A stretch of 63,425 nt of DNA, counting the filler, from Globobulimina sp. (lineage: Eukaryota), in assembly GCA_003354225.1 (NCBI GenBank). It is 37 parts of 37 records of this genome, joined end to end, with 100 filler letters (N's around TTAATTAATTAA, not from the genome) between each part and the next. Parts side by side here need not be neighbours in the genome. Positions count along the whole stretch, not along the records: positions 1 to 1,618 come from PIVH01014039.1; positions 1,719 to 3,336 come from PIVH01014040.1; positions 3,437 to 5,054 come from PIVH01014041.1; positions 5,155 to 6,772 come from PIVH01014042.1; positions 6,873 to 8,490 come from PIVH01014043.1; positions 8,591 to 10,208 come from PIVH01014044.1; positions 10,309 to 11,926 come from PIVH01014045.1; positions 12,027 to 13,643 come from PIVH01014046.1; 29 more parts are not named here. The stretch is one strand, 5' to 3'. The first letter of the stretch is position 1. Each line of letters begins with the position of its first letter. Both the position numbers and the translations under genes were made by a program. Below the pieces are notes generated by a model. The model saw nothing but the letters and a program-made list of their open reading frames with translations. It did no database searches and was not told where the DNA came from. This document shows, piece by piece, positions 1-12,182 of the stretch.

Positions 1-211
1 AACCTCGCCGGGATGTTCCAGCAATCGGTGAGTATGGAGCCAGACTTACTCCCTGGCTGAATGTGCCCCTACAAAAAAAATAACAAAAAACCAAAATATC
101 AATAATACTTAAACAATTCATTATTTTCAAACAATGTTCCATTGAGTGTGTCAATTGCAATTGAAAAATGTGATAAAATAAAAGTACTGCTGATTAATTA
201 ATCATACATGA

Positions 212-448
212 TCATAAATCATTGTTATTGGCAATTGGAACAAGCTCATGTGGGCTCAACATATCATCTGTGTCATTTGGACATAACGTATCTTTTTCTC
301 TTTCCTTTTTTTTCCTTTGATTCAAGCATTTCATCCGACATATAATCCCAATAAAAATCAATACAAATAATAATAAACCAGTCACTGCAATTTTCAGCCC
401 TTTTGTTACCTCAACATATCCAAGTTCAGGTGGTTCCGGTTGATCCAT
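212..448 (-). CDS. Small single-pass membrane protein
   Basis: 78-aa ATG-initiated ORF with a hydrophobic segment (IAVTGLLLFVLIFIGII) followed by a basic stop-transfer stretch. Confidence 0.5.
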   Translation of the reverse strand: MDQPEPPELGYVEVTKGLKIAVTGLLLFVLIFIGIICRMKCLNQRKKKEREKDTLCPNDTDDMLSPHELVPIANNNDL

Positions 449-489
449 TCTGGTTGAGTGCTAGCTAGTGTTTTTGTAATTAATTAGCA

Positions 490-1618
490 ATGGAAATTCT
501 GATATCTGGCTACATCACTCATATCAAAAAAGTCCATAAACTAAAAGCTATTGTTTGTAAAGACATAGCTCGTTTAATTTTATCATTTTATATCTATAAT
601 TTAGAATCATACAAATATGTTGCAGTATTTTGTGTGGTTAACAAAGATTTACTTGGACATTTCTCTGCATTTAATATAAATACGAATATAAATTCAAGAT
701 ATGATATTTTTTGTGCAGATCATGACACTGATCTATTTCATGAAGAATTTGGAACAAAAATGACCATGTTCGAATTGAATAAATTCCCTCAAGTAATCTA
801 CAAAAATTTGTTTCCAATTTATCAAAATATAAATTTAAGAAACGATAAAAATAAATTGCATGTTATATTTCGTACAGAAGGCTGCAATAAATCAGCTCAA
901 ATGACAGCATATTTACTCGAAACAGATCATAAATATATTTTACCGCTACCACCATCACCTATTGATCGATGCGGGTTGCTACAAAGTTGTAAATACGGAT
1001 TGATGGCATTGGGTGGATTCAAACAAGACAATAGAACACAATGTAAATCTGTACAACTTTTAAGATGGAATACTAAGAAAAGTAAGTTTGAATGGGATAA
1101 GAAAGCAATGAGAAAAATGAATTATGGCAGAGGGAATCACGCTGTTTTTATGTTGGAAAAAGAAGAGAAAATATTTGTTTGTGGTGGTTTTTATGAAAAT
1201 GCGAATCGAGCTGAAATTTATTCGTTTAACCGTAATAAATGGACAAATTTAAGTGCAATGAATTATAGTCATGAATGTCATGGATTATGTTATGATGATA
1301 TCAAAACAAACAATATCTATGTTATTGGGGATTTTGCACGCAATTGTCATATATGTGAGAAATATGATTTTCATAAAGATAAATGGATTAATTTACCAGC
1401 AACAACATATCCGCATCGGTGTTATCCGGATGTGGCGATAAATGGTAATGGATTATTAATTTGCACCGGTAATCATTATCGTTTTACAGAGAATGCAAAT
1501 GAATGGGGATATTCTGAGTTTTTAGATTTGAGAGATTCACAACAAGCTTGGCAATCTAATAACTTATCTTTATTTCAAATGTTAAAATCTGGAAATAATC
1601 AAAATGACGCAGACTTTC
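490..1618 (+). CDS. Kelch-repeat protein, 3' truncated
   Basis: Repeated GG-x(n)-Y/W blade motifs (LMALGG, IFVCGG...AEIYSFNRNKW, IYVIG...CEKYDFHKDKW). Confidence 0.85.
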
Positions 1619-1718
1619 NNNNNNNNNNNNNNNNNNNNNNNNNNNNNNNNNNNNNNNNNNNNTTAATTAATTAANNNNNNNNNNNNNNNNNNNNNNNNNN
1701 NNNNNNNNNNNNNNNNNN
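1619..1718. other. Artificial contig linker N44-TTAATTAATTAA-N44 (first of 36 in the window)
   Basis: An identical 100-nt spacer recurs every ~1717 bp and has stops in all six frames. Contig lengths fall monotonically from 1618 to 1616. Confidence 0.98.
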
Positions 1719-1869
1719 CGCCCACAATTCCAGAATTTACAAACATTGTCAATTCGATTGCTTTATTAAATGTGATATTGTCCATAATTATGGAATGGAA
1801 AAAGATGGCGGCACAAAAGTCAAAGTCAAACAAAACTCGATAGCAATATACTATAAATAGCGCATAAGA

Positions 1870-3261
1870 ATGCCTCCAAAACGCAAATTAGACCTAAATC
1901 TATTAAAAGAAATGAACTTATACGAAAAAATCAGATTTCTCTGCAGTGAAGTCACATTATTAAAATTACAAAAATGGAAATTAGCGCGATTAGTTTATGA
2001 GATGGGACTTGGTTTACCCACATCCAGTACAACAACACAAGCATCCTTAGCACAAAAAATTGGTCAATTATTCGCTGATAACGACCATAGAGTTTCAAAC
2101 AAGAATAATTTTATTAAATTAATGTACGAATTGCATACAAAGGATGGTAATGAATACAAAGCGGAATGCATTAAAATACGAGAAACGATTTTAAATTTAG
2201 GCGATAAATATAAACCGGCACTAAGAGTGGTATTAAATCCTGAATTAAATGAGATATTAAAGAGCGATACAATTAATAACAACGATACCCATTATATCAG
2301 TGATGATGGCACAACGTTTAAAAAGAGAACACGATTAATAGTAGGCAGTGTTGATGACAATGGAGACATTTCTCCATCAAATACACCCGTTCGAATTATT
2401 GAGCCCAAATCAAAACAAAATTTGGCACACAAATTAAACAAATTAATTGAGCCACAATCAAAATTAGCCAACAAATTGAATGAAATCATGCATGAGAGAT
2501 TCAGTGAAAATTATAATTCAAAACATGGACAAAACATCGATAATAAAAACAGCGAAAACAATTTACCTCCGGCGATTAATAAAATTAATGACAATTTTGG
2601 CCAACGACCATTTATGTCACATGATACGATGTCATTTAACATAAATAAAATAAATCGACCCATAATCACTGAAAATAAAAGACATCGAAGAAATGAAAAA
2701 ATTGCGAATCGTACACAAAGCCACAACAAATTGGTTGATACTGTGGTCGATTTAAAACAAGCGCTAAATATGAAAGAAATGAATGAAACCGCATTAAGAC
2801 AGAATGAGATCTCATTATTACAACAATTACAGCAACAAAAAGACGAATTTGTGAGATTAAAAATTGAATTCAATGAACATAAAAATCAGGAAAATAAAAA
2901 TAAAAACATATTAAATCCGTCATTGAACAACGAAAATCCATTAATTTATGCACCAAAATTAAATAATTTTGTTAACAAAAAAATGATAAATGCGAGAAAC
3001 GAAAATGAATCAAAAAATGAAAAACCATTCAAATTTGAATTCAATTACAATGAAATTGCAAATAAACAAAAAAGTGATACCCCAAATACTCCAAAATGGC
3101 ATTATGCGGCTAATGATAATCAAAATATTGATAAACAAACATCAAAAAATCAAAAAACGAACGAAATTCTTAAATTATTTGATTTAAATTCAGACAACGA
3201 AGATCAAGGCATATTAAATATGCTTAATAACCAATTTAATAAACACAAACTAAGAAAGTAA
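1870..3261 (+). CDS. Uncharacterised Asn/Lys-rich coiled-coil protein (possibly ORF1 of a mobile element)
   Basis: Intronless 463-aa ORF starting MPPKRK (NLS-like). A second ATG-initiated ORF begins at 3266 and runs off the contig. Confidence 0.55.
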   Translation: MPPKRKLDLNLLKEMNLYEKIRFLCSEVTLLKLQKWKLARLVYEMGLGLPTSSTTTQASLAQKIGQLFADNDHRVSNKNNFIKLMYELHTKDGNEYKAECIKIRETILNLGDKYKPALRVVLNPELNEILKSDTINNNDTHYISDDGTTFKKRTRLIVGSVDDNGDISPSNTPVRIIEPKSKQNLAHKLNKLIEPQSKLANKLNEIMHERFSENYNSKHGQNIDNKNSENNLPPAINKINDNFGQRPFMSHDTMSFNINKINRPIITENKRHRRNEKIANRTQSHNKLVDTVVDLKQALNMKEMNETALRQNEISLLQQLQQQKDEFVRLKIEFNEHKNQENKNKNILNPSLNNENPLIYAPKLNNFVNKKMINARNENESKNEKPFKFEFNYNEIANKQKSDTPNTPKWHYAANDNQNIDKQTSKNQKTNEILKLFDLNSDNEDQGILNMLNNQFNKHKLRK

Positions 3262-3895
3262 CAAAATGAGTGAAATTATGGTAGTCGAAGAGGAAAATGG
3301 TTGGAGGATTTATGGGAAGAAAGGAGAAAATGATGANNNNNNNNNNNNNNNNNNNNNNNNNNNNNNNNNNNNNNNNNNNNTTAATTAATTAANNNNNNNN
3401 NNNNNNNNNNNNNNNNNNNNNNNNNNNNNNNNNNNNCTATTCAAATTCATTGAATATACAAAATCGCTTTGCTAAAATGCAATGCTTTTGTGTGGTTGAT
3501 TATTGAGAGGAAAGAAAAAGTTTTTTTTTATAATTGAACCATGAGAGGGTTTCAGCAGAGAGTATTTCCCCAAAAGCTAGAGAAACCTGGAAATGGATCC
3601 CAACACTGCGTAGTTTCTGCAAATCAGCAAATGTAATATCAGTGAACTATCGGTATAAAGCAACAGAAATTATTTTAAAACGTACAATGAACTTACTTGA
3701 TAATGCAGTATCATCGAACAAAAATGTATCAATCATATCTGCATAATCTCAATTAACGAAGACACTGAGAAAAAAATTAAAACATTAACAATAAAAACGA
3801 AACCACGTAGAAAAAAACAATCAATACGAGATTCACCACATTGATAAAACTAGAAAAAGTGAACAGAAAAAGATATAGCTTAATTAATTAACAAC

Positions 3896-4662
3896 TTATA
3901 ATATATTACATCTTATCAACTTTCTTTTCTTCTTTTTTTTCTTATCAACTTGCGCATTATTGGCGTTTTTATAACTTTGTATCTGTCTGACAACCTCATA
4001 AAATGCTTCAACATTATTTAATTTACATTTGGCCGAGGTTTCATAGAATGGACAGCCCCAAACCGCAGCTAATTCCTCACCTTGTTTTGTAGCAACTTGT
4101 CGGTCATTTTCTAGGTCGCATTTGTTGCCCGCAATAACAATGGGCGCTGCTTCAACATCTTTGTTTATTAATATCTGGTCTCGCACAAGTTGGATTTCTT
4201 CGAAAGTCTGATAAGATGTTATCGAATACACCAACAAAAAACCATCACCATCTCTGATCCATTGGTCTCTCATTGACGCAAATTCTTCTTGACCTACATC
4301 ACATATTTCATGTATATATAAATATAAATTAATTATAAATACCTGCGGTGTCCAATATATCCAATAATATGGGTTTATTGTCATCGAGACATATCTGTTT
4401 ACGATAACTATCCTCGATTGTCGGATCTATGTATGTCCATATGTTGTGCGAGGATAATGTATACATAGTCTGATACCGGCAGCCATACCGTATTCATCTA
4501 AGAAATTGTCTGTTAATAATCGGATGGTAAGAGTTGATTTCTGTAGTGCAGAGATGGTATATTTTGTGTTTTGGTGGAATTCGAACAAGAGAAACAAGAA
4601 ATATAGCATACCCCGACACCACCACCTCCTAAGACGACGATCTTATACTCTGGAATGTCCAT
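3896..4662 (-). CDS. Ras-family small GTPase, 4 exons (4662-4612, 4540-4489, 4425-4343, 4293-3896)
   Basis: The spliced product gives [41 protein letters not shown], a polybasic tail and CaaX (CNIL). All three introns are GT-AG. Confidence 0.95.
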
Positions 4663-4723
4663 TGGCAAATGTTGATTGATTCGAATTCGCTTTGGTGGTT
4701 ATTATTAATAACAGTATGTGTAA

Positions 4724-5054
4724 ATGTTTACCAAAGTTTTTCAAAGTTCAAGAAACTCAACTGCTGAGACCATGTGGCGAACTAGAATTAATAGTTTGAA
4801 TAGCTCAGTCAACATGTGCGCATCTTTGTTTCGTAGTTGGATTGTCCTCATCATTGGTATCATAGTTGTGGTAACTGCATTTCACAATTTTGCAATTTAT
4901 TTTTCTTATAGCAACGATTTCATTCATTTCAAAGATTCATGGGTAATAGCACTAGTTATAAATGTATTAAGTTGCATCACCATCGCCATATACAACATAT
5001 ATGAATTATGTAAATTACATCTCTGTATTCACAGATCATCACATGATAAATCCT
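4724..5054 (+). CDS. Multi-pass membrane protein, N-terminal fragment
   Basis: ORF with two hydrophobic segments, open to the contig end. The start could be 4724, 4772 or 4813. Confidence 0.5.
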
Positions 5055-5154
5055 NNNNNNNNNNNNNNNNNNNNNNNNNNNNNNNNNNNNNNNNNNNNTT
5101 AATTAATTAANNNNNNNNNNNNNNNNNNNNNNNNNNNNNNNNNNNNNNNNNNNN

Positions 5155-5624
5155 TTCACTCCAACCGAATATTTTTGATGTTTATCACTTATTTTTTCAT
5201 TTTCTTTTAATTTCTTGTTTAAAATAATAATATGCGAATTTGAGTTCATTCCAAACCATTCCACGCAGTGTGCCAATAATGTAAAAAAAGCATAGCCTAA
5301 AATACATCCAAATAGTCCCCAAACATTGTCCGGAAATATAAAATAAAATTGAGCCAAACATCCACAACAAATACTTAATATTATCACAATATTACGAATA
5401 TCTGTAAATAAATGAAATTCTAAATATCCATTCATTGAAATAAACTATGTATGAAATCAAACATTACATAAATATTATTAATAAAAAACACATCATCAAA
5501 TCAAATCAAATCAATTAACTTCAATTAGTTCATCATCCAACACCTTCTTTATTGAGAAGAAATTAGACAGATTCACTCGAGGCTTTTTAGCAGTATACGG
5601 AGCAGTCTTAATACGTTTCATCAT
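5155..5624 (-). CDS. SPCS2: Signal peptidase complex subunit 2 (SPC25), 3' truncated; intron 5519-5445
   Basis: The spliced product ..SIRKVLDDELIEFISMNGYLEFHLFTDIR.. followed by two TM helices matches the SPC25 pattern (K..LDD...GY.E...L.D.R). Confidence 0.75.
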
Positions 5625-5793
5625 TAGACCAAAGTCAACTAACTGTCTCGAAAAACTTTGACTTTTAATGTCTACTTCAGTTATGTCAAAGAAGATTGCT
5701 ACTCTATTGTCTCTAGTCTCGTCCTATGGTTTATAATTCATTTGAAAAATAAACCTCCACAAGAAAATCGATAATGGCAAATGCTACAGAAAT

Positions 5794-5860
5794 TGTCGCA
5801 TAGCTCAAGCAGAGAACTGGATCAATCCAGAAGATACAGGTTCGAATCCTGTGGCGACAG
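5794..5860 (+). repeat. tRNA-like element / tRNA-derived SINE head, copy A
   Basis: Cloverleaf: acceptor TGTCGCA/GGCGACA, A-box-like TAGCTCAAG, stem CTGGA/TCCAG with a 4-nt loop, T-arm ACAGG-TTCGAAT-CCTGT. Confidence 0.75.
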
Positions 5861-6231
5861 CAAATCATTATGTAATGGATTTGGATTTTATGAAATGGAT
5901 GAGTTTGAATAGAAAAAAATGGATTTTGTGGTGAGAATTTGGTGGTGATGTAAACCACCACGGATTAAAGAAGCAATGCCATATAATTTGCGATTTGATG
6001 GCATATTATTTACAATTTAATTGCATATTATTTACGATTTGATACCCCATATTATTTTCGATTTATTACGCGATGTCACGTGCGCGATGTTCATTTCCAT
6101 GGTGCAAGAATACTAAAATAACAAGAATATGTAACCAAGCTGAAAACATGTATTGTTGCTTATGCATATCTATGCATATTAGAAGAATTTAAAAAAATTC
6201 CACGGTGCTGAAGCATCTAATTTGTCAGAAA

Positions 6232-6310
6232 TTTCGCGCATAAAGAAGCTCCATCGACAATAAAGGGATGCGTCCAGAGATTCAGGTTCAAATCATGAGG
6301 CTGCGCCAAC
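6232..6310 (+). repeat. tRNA-like element, degenerate copy B
   Basis: TCCAGAGATTCAGGTTCAAATCATGAGG matches the 3' half of copies A and D. Shares the upstream CAGAAATT and downstream CAAAT context with copy A. Confidence 0.55.
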
Positions 6311-6570
6311 CAAATACAAGCAATGAAATTAATGAATTGAATGAGAATGAATTGTGATAAATTGGATTGAGATATATTGAATTAATTGGGAATACAGGGA
6401 TAACTCCTATAAGAAGCAGAATCGAAATAAAGGGGATCCCGTCCTAGATAATGAATTATGTATGACTATATGTATGACCAAAAAATCATACATGTATGAC
6501 TATAGGAGAGGGTTTGTCAGGTAAATATTGTCATACATTGTATGATTTTTCCTAAGGGAATGTGTGTTTT

Positions 6571-6772
6571 TTTGGGCTAACTAGGGCATAAAGTGCACAT
6601 TCCTCTTAGGATAACTCGGGCATAAAGTTGCGTGTAAAAAAGTGCACCTTTGTCTTACGATAACTCGGGCGAGTCGCTCGACCAAACCACCTTACGATAA
6701 CTTGGACATGACTTGCGTGTAAAAACACATTCACCTTAGGATAACTCGGGCGTAGGTTGCGTGTAAAAAATG
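6571..6772. repeat. Degenerate minisatellite, core CTTA(G/C)GATAACTCGGGC, period 37-49 bp
   Basis: Core at 6605, 6654, 6691 and 6735. Most intervening sequences share TTGCGTGTAAAAA. Confidence 0.8.
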
Positions 6773-6990
6773 NNNNNNNNNNNNNNNNNNNNNNNNNNNN
6801 NNNNNNNNNNNNNNNNTTAATTAATTAANNNNNNNNNNNNNNNNNNNNNNNNNNNNNNNNNNNNNNNNNNNNGAGTAATAAGCCAAAAATCAATGATTGA
6901 ACAAATAAAAATGAAATATATCAAAAGTTTTTCACACATATAAATGTCTTGTAACTCTTTATTCGTCTCTTATATAAGGAATATAAGTAC

Positions 6991-7150
6991 AAAAATTAGA
7001 ACAGTGTGTCAGCAAAATTAGAGCAGTGGGTCAGCAAAATATAGTGCAGTGGGTCAGCAAAATTAGAGCAGTGTGTCTGCAAAAAAATTAGAGCAGTGGG
7101 ACAGCAAAATTAGAGCAGTGTGTCAGTAAAATTAGAGCAGTGTGTCAGTA
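6991..7150. repeat. Tandem repeat, ~22-bp unit AAAATTAGAGCAGTG(T/G)GTCAGC, ~7 copies
   Basis: Directly visible. Confidence 0.9.
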
Positions 7151-7423
7151 AGGTCAGGGCAAGAATATAAATACCGCCTTCTATACTAATGTAAACGATG
7201 TCATGTCTCCATATTTTTCATTTAATTTTCTAGTGTTTCTGGTGTGTACCGTGATTTCGTATTGCTATTTCGAATATTTCCACTGACTGTTAAAACGCTG
7301 TTTCTTATCATAGCCGTCATATTTCTTTTATTAATTGTCTTTCCAAACGCTTTCATTTTTGTACCATCTTTATCTCTGGTTAGTTGATTATTACTGTATA
7401 ACTTTAGTTCGAATATTGTCTAT

Positions 7424-8053
7424 TTGCAGCGCAATATTGTGCCAACCCTTTTGTGCCAAAACTTCACGATCTTAATGAACAAACTGTCTCGCTATAATAC
7501 CTCATCATGGCTTTCCAGGGTGCGAAATGGAACATCCAGTCAATTCGAAATCGTTGTAACGGTATTCCTGAACATTTATGCAGATGTCCTTGTTGTTGAG
7601 TTGGAGAAGTACGTTGCAGCTCGGTGCCCTGCTTGCAGAGTGTCAAAATATTGTTTGCGATCAGTTGGTGATCGCTTCTCTAGACAACATGATTGTATTC
7701 AGTATACCAGTGTGATCAAATCATTTGTTCAATTTGGATCTATTGTAATGGAAAAAATGGCTACAAATCGTAAAATATGTCAGGATATATTTAAAGCTTT
7801 GAATAGTTATGAGAATGTGCCACCAGAAAATGTATCATTTGACACGATGTTAGATTTTTGGGTTAGCAAAACTGGTGTTAGTAATAAACCTATGTTTGAC
7901 ATTACGTGGGATAGTTATTTTCAGTATCGACTGAAAAAACATCTCTGGTTTATTGTTACTGATGAGGAAAAATTATCACTTAAGGAAGATTTAGGTATTA
8001 CTGAAAATGTTTTTATTTATAGCTCTGATTTCTTGTTTTTTGGTGATATGTGA
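7424..8053 (+). CDS. Hypothetical protein fragment
   Basis: 209-codon open frame with a CxxC motif but a non-ATG start. No family recognised. Confidence 0.35.
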   Translation: MQRNIVPTLLCQNFTILMNKLSRYNTSSWLSRVRNGTSSQFEIVVTVFLNIYADVLVVELEKYVAARCPACRVSKYCLRSVGDRFSRQHDCIQYTSVIKSFVQFGSIVMEKMATNRKICQDIFKALNSYENVPPENVSFDTMLDFWVSKTGVSNKPMFDITWDSYFQYRLKKHLWFIVTDEEKLSLKEDLGITENVFIYSSDFLFFGDM

Positions 8054-8168
8054 ATGTATATTGTTTTTCTTGTATGTAAATAAAAAATGATTTTTCTTCT
8101 CGATTTGAAGACGCACAGAGGATAAAAGAAAGTTAAATCTAAGCTTTTCCAAGATTAAGAAGAAAATA

Positions 8169-8490
8169 ATGGATTTTAAATGTTTGACTAAAACGTATTT
8201 GACTGTAGCTGCAATAGCTCTTGCTCTAATTTTTGTGATATTTTGGTTGGTTATTTGTTCCAATAGTCAAACGGAGGCATCGATAGACCGCAATAGCACT
8301 CCAATTATGACTCAAACATATACTAAAGATCGTCCAGCTATGTCTGCATTTTCCACTATCACGACACAGCAAAATCCAAACATTGGTAACCTTGAAACGC
8401 GTCAACCTTATCCCGAAGTTCGACCGGCTTCAAACCTTATCGATACATTTATTACAAGTCATCCTTATCCATCGGTTCACCCAATTAAGG
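8169..8490 (+). CDS. Type II membrane or secreted protein, N-terminal fragment
   Basis: ATG start, N-terminal TM segment, Thr/Pro-rich stem. Confidence 0.55.
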
Positions 8491-8590
8491 NNNNNNNNNN
8501 NNNNNNNNNNNNNNNNNNNNNNNNNNNNNNNNNNTTAATTAATTAANNNNNNNNNNNNNNNNNNNNNNNNNNNNNNNNNNNNNNNNNNNN

Positions 8591-10208
8591 AATGCGGATA
8601 TTCTGTTATCTGGCTGATATCCACAGTCATCGTGCAAGGTTTGTAAACATCGAAAAGTCCGCGTGTCCCATATTTTTACCACCTTATCACACGATAATGA
8701 TATAATTTGATGTCGCTCTTCATTCATTAAAACATGCGATATCGATGTATTATGTCCAACTAATAATTGTAACCGGGCACATCGATGAGGGTCAAAAATA
8801 TGAATCTTTCGTTCCACACCACAGGAAGCCATAAATTTATATTCTGCGTTATATGCAAATGAATGAACACCGTGACTATGGCCCATATAAATTCTAGTTT
8901 TTTTACGTCTTTCAATATCAGCAAACTTGATTTGTGAATCTAAGGAACAGGTAACTAATGATTGTAAATCTCGGTTATATTTAATATGTGTTATCCAATC
9001 ATTGTGTATGTCCATAATATGTGGAGTTACGCCAAAACGACTTGGCTGCAAATGGGAGCATGACAGTATTGGATTGATAATATTTTGTTCTTCTTCACTC
9101 ATATTATTACCGGCGATGTTATTATTATTATGGTTTCTGCGTTTATTCCATTTATACATTTTATTTTTGATGGATGCTTGATTGGGTGCCAATGACTGAT
9201 CGCCGCAACAAATATGAAACTTATCTGCATTTAAAATGTACAAAAACGCTTTGCCACTTTCTGTGCCAACACTTAACAATTCATTATTGCCATTGCCATT
9301 CAATATGGATGCATCGGCACAAACCGGTGTGGAGGTAATTAGCCATCGCTGTTCTTCTTTGTTCAATTTCTTTAATGAATCTCCATACTTTTCACCGAAA
9401 ACATAAGCTTTGTTCATAAATTGACAATTTAATTTCCAACCAGTTGCAGAATAAATATTTATTATACCGTCCATGGATATTGCTGCTATTTGATTGCTTA
9501 ATGGTAAGTGTAATAAGTCCATCACCCATGATTTAGTTGGACTGTTTAGGATTGTTTTTTTGATTTGGAATGTCGAGCTATCCCATAACTTTATAGTTCC
9601 ATCCAAACTGTTTATTCATTTTCTAAAATGTATACAAATGCGAAATGAGCTGAAATGTATATTGTATATTAAATACCTTCCAGATATATATCGAGACTGG
9701 TTTGGGAAATGCAAAATCGATGATATCATATCAGAATGGTTACTGTGGTAATTGTCGCATTGCATAGTTTCGCGAACTAACATGTCTCTTTGCTTTTTTT
9801 TTTGTTTCTTTTTGTTTTTTCCGAGCTATATACAAAAAATAAAACGTAACTTGGTGAAAGTTGGAACTTTCCAATCCTTGATTTTCTAACAATAAAAAAT
9901 TTAAGAATTCTTCCCAATCAACTGTGCCATCTGAATTTGCGTCTATTTTCATGAAAAGGTGGGTTAAATATCGTTTACTGTTCGCTTCTTCCTCTTTATC
10001 AACGATTATGTTTGTATCATTTTGGTCGCTTGTTTGTTCATTTATTCCTCCCAATACAGATTCGAATACCTTTACGAACTGATACATATCCAAACCATTT
10101 GGTTGGCAGTAGAATATACGTTCGAGCTCAACCATTTGGTTGGCAGTAATTTTACGTGTTCCGCTGCATTGTCATTGTTATATGATAGTGATATATATGA
10201 TAGTGATA
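8591..10208 (-). CDS. EF-hand + WD40 repeat protein (WDR49/EFCAB8-like), partial, spliced
   Basis: EF-hand LFMKIDANSDGTVDWEEF followed by WD repeats (SLDGTIKLWD, GH..GV, DKVVKIWD). Introns at 9850-9793 and about 9676-9608. Confidence 0.85.
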
Positions 10209-10308
10209 NNNNNNNNNNNNNNNNNNNNNNNNNNNNNNNNNNNNNNNNNNNNTTAATTAATTAANNNNNNNNNNNNNNNNNNNNNNNNNNNNNNNNNNNN
10301 NNNNNNNN

Positions 10309-11926
10309 GGCGCGTTACTGGGCGTTTTTGTTGGTACGTATGTATTTGGTGGATTATCTGTAGGTATTTCACTTGGCGCTGAGCTTGGATTTAATGTAGT
10401 TTGTACAGCAGAAACTGGATTATTTGTTGGATATTGTATAGGATTATTTGTTGGTGATGTTGTTGGATCTAACGGTGATTTGGTGGGTGAGCCAGGAATA
10501 ATGGGTGAATCGGTTGGATGTGGTGTTGGGTAATCTGATGGAGTTGGCGTTGGATGATCAGAAGGTGAGCCAGTTGGGATATTGGATGGTATCTTTGTAG
10601 GGTTATTGCTTGGGAATAATGTAGGATTCCTTGTTGGTGATGGTGTTGGTGATTGTGATGGATTATATGTTGGCGATGGTGTAGGATTTGATGGTGATTT
10701 AGTTGGTGAACCAGGTGTAATTGGATGAGATGTAGGTGGTACAGTTGGATTGTTTGTTGGTGCTATAAAAACGTTTTTGTGATATATAAGTGTTTAACTA
10801 AATTAGTAAACTGATTGATTATATAGTTGTGACTGCAGTGTGTGTCTGCATGTGTGCTTAAATGGGATATCGAATGAAAGAAAGTTAGGATTTATCCAAA
10901 AGAAAGAAAAGAAAAGAAATTGAAACTTGAAACAAAGTGGGCAATGTCTCATTTAATGTATCTGGAATTAAAAATTCATTCATGGGAAGCTAAGCCTTTA
11001 TGCAGCTCATCATATATACTTTTATATTGTAAACGTATGCAAGCTCATCATCAACACGTAAAACATGTACGTTGTATAAATAAATCATACTTATCGTTGG
11101 TTGATTGGTAGGAGAGGTTGATGGCTTGTTTGTTGCTGCTATGTATAATAATTATATTATATTATAAACTACGAAATCGTTTTTGCATTCTCAATGAAAT
11201 AGATAGCTGGACTTGGATTTTTTGAGGGGGGAGATGTTGGATTGTGAGATGGAGATGAAGTTGGATTTCGAGTGGGTGATGCAGTTGGATTTGTTGTCAT
11301 TGTGCTTGGAACAGATGTTGGAGAACCAGGTGTTGATGGATTATCTGTTGGTGATCGAGTTGGACTATTTGATGGTGTTCGTGTTGGATCGCTTGTTGGT
11401 TCTATATAAAAATGTTCATTATAAAATCCGGTGCAATGTGCGAGTTTGGTATAAATACGTCATACTTGTCGAGGGTTGATTTGTCGGAGAAGGTGTTGGA
11501 TTTTTTGTTGGTGCTATGCATTATTAAAAACATAGGAAATCGTTTTTGCATTTAATTGTACTGTGCATGTACCTGGAATTGGATTCTTTGATGGATTATT
11601 TGTTGGATTGTCTGTGGGTGATTTTGTTGGCTGATAACTTGGGTTATTTGTACGTGGTTTTATTGGCTGATTTGTAGGTTTTTGGGTCGGGGCAATTGTT
11701 GCATCGGTTGGTGGGGATGTTGATGTCTTTTAGGGTTTAATTCATTAATTTAATGTGTAACATAGATATTGCATGTGTACGAATATAGATACTTAACACA
11801 GAAATTAGTATCACCATAAAATATATTCGGAGGGTCAACACTTTGCAGCACATCAAGAAATTCAATAACTTCATTGTTAGTATTTGTGACACGGACAGTA
11901 AGCGGAGCACTGAATGACAAACCACC
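10309..11926 (-). CDS. Expansin-like C-terminal (CBM63-like) domain followed by a long PT-repeat mucin stalk, multi-exon, partial
   Basis: The first exon reads GGLSFSAPLTVRVTNTNNEVIEFLDVL...FYGDTNFC. Downstream exons encode P-T/S-x-x repeats and are separated by GT-AG introns. Confidence 0.65.
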
Positions 11927-12026
11927 NNNNNNNNNNNNNNNNNNNNNNNNNNNNNNNNNNNNNNNNNNNNTTAATTAATTAANNNNNNNNNNNNNNNNNN
12001 NNNNNNNNNNNNNNNNNNNNNNNNNN

Positions 12027-12182
12027 AAAGATGAGAAGAATAAAAAAGATGGTAAACAAAGTTGGATTTATTATCAATATTCGGCATCACCCATTAAATC
12101 ATCATCATTTACGTCCACATTGAAGAGTTATATTGAAAGCAGTGGATATTATAATGATTTATTAACATTTGAATCAGTATGA
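12027..12182 (+). CDS. 3' end of an unidentified gene
   Basis: Open frame KDEKNKKDGKQSWIYYQY...TFESV* followed by a T-rich 3' UTR. Confidence 0.4.
   Translation, partial: KDEKNKKDGKQSWIYYQYSASPIKSSSFTSTLKSYIESSGYYNDLLTFESV

Noticed and set aside
5794-5860. Functional tRNA, including a TCA 'suppressor' reading of the loop
   Set aside because: The anticodon loop is only 4 nt and the D-loop lacks GG, so it cannot be a canonical tRNA.
6571-6772. CRISPR-like repeat-spacer appearance
   Set aside because: The repeats are imperfect, the 'spacers' resemble each other, the context is eukaryotic and there are no cas genes.
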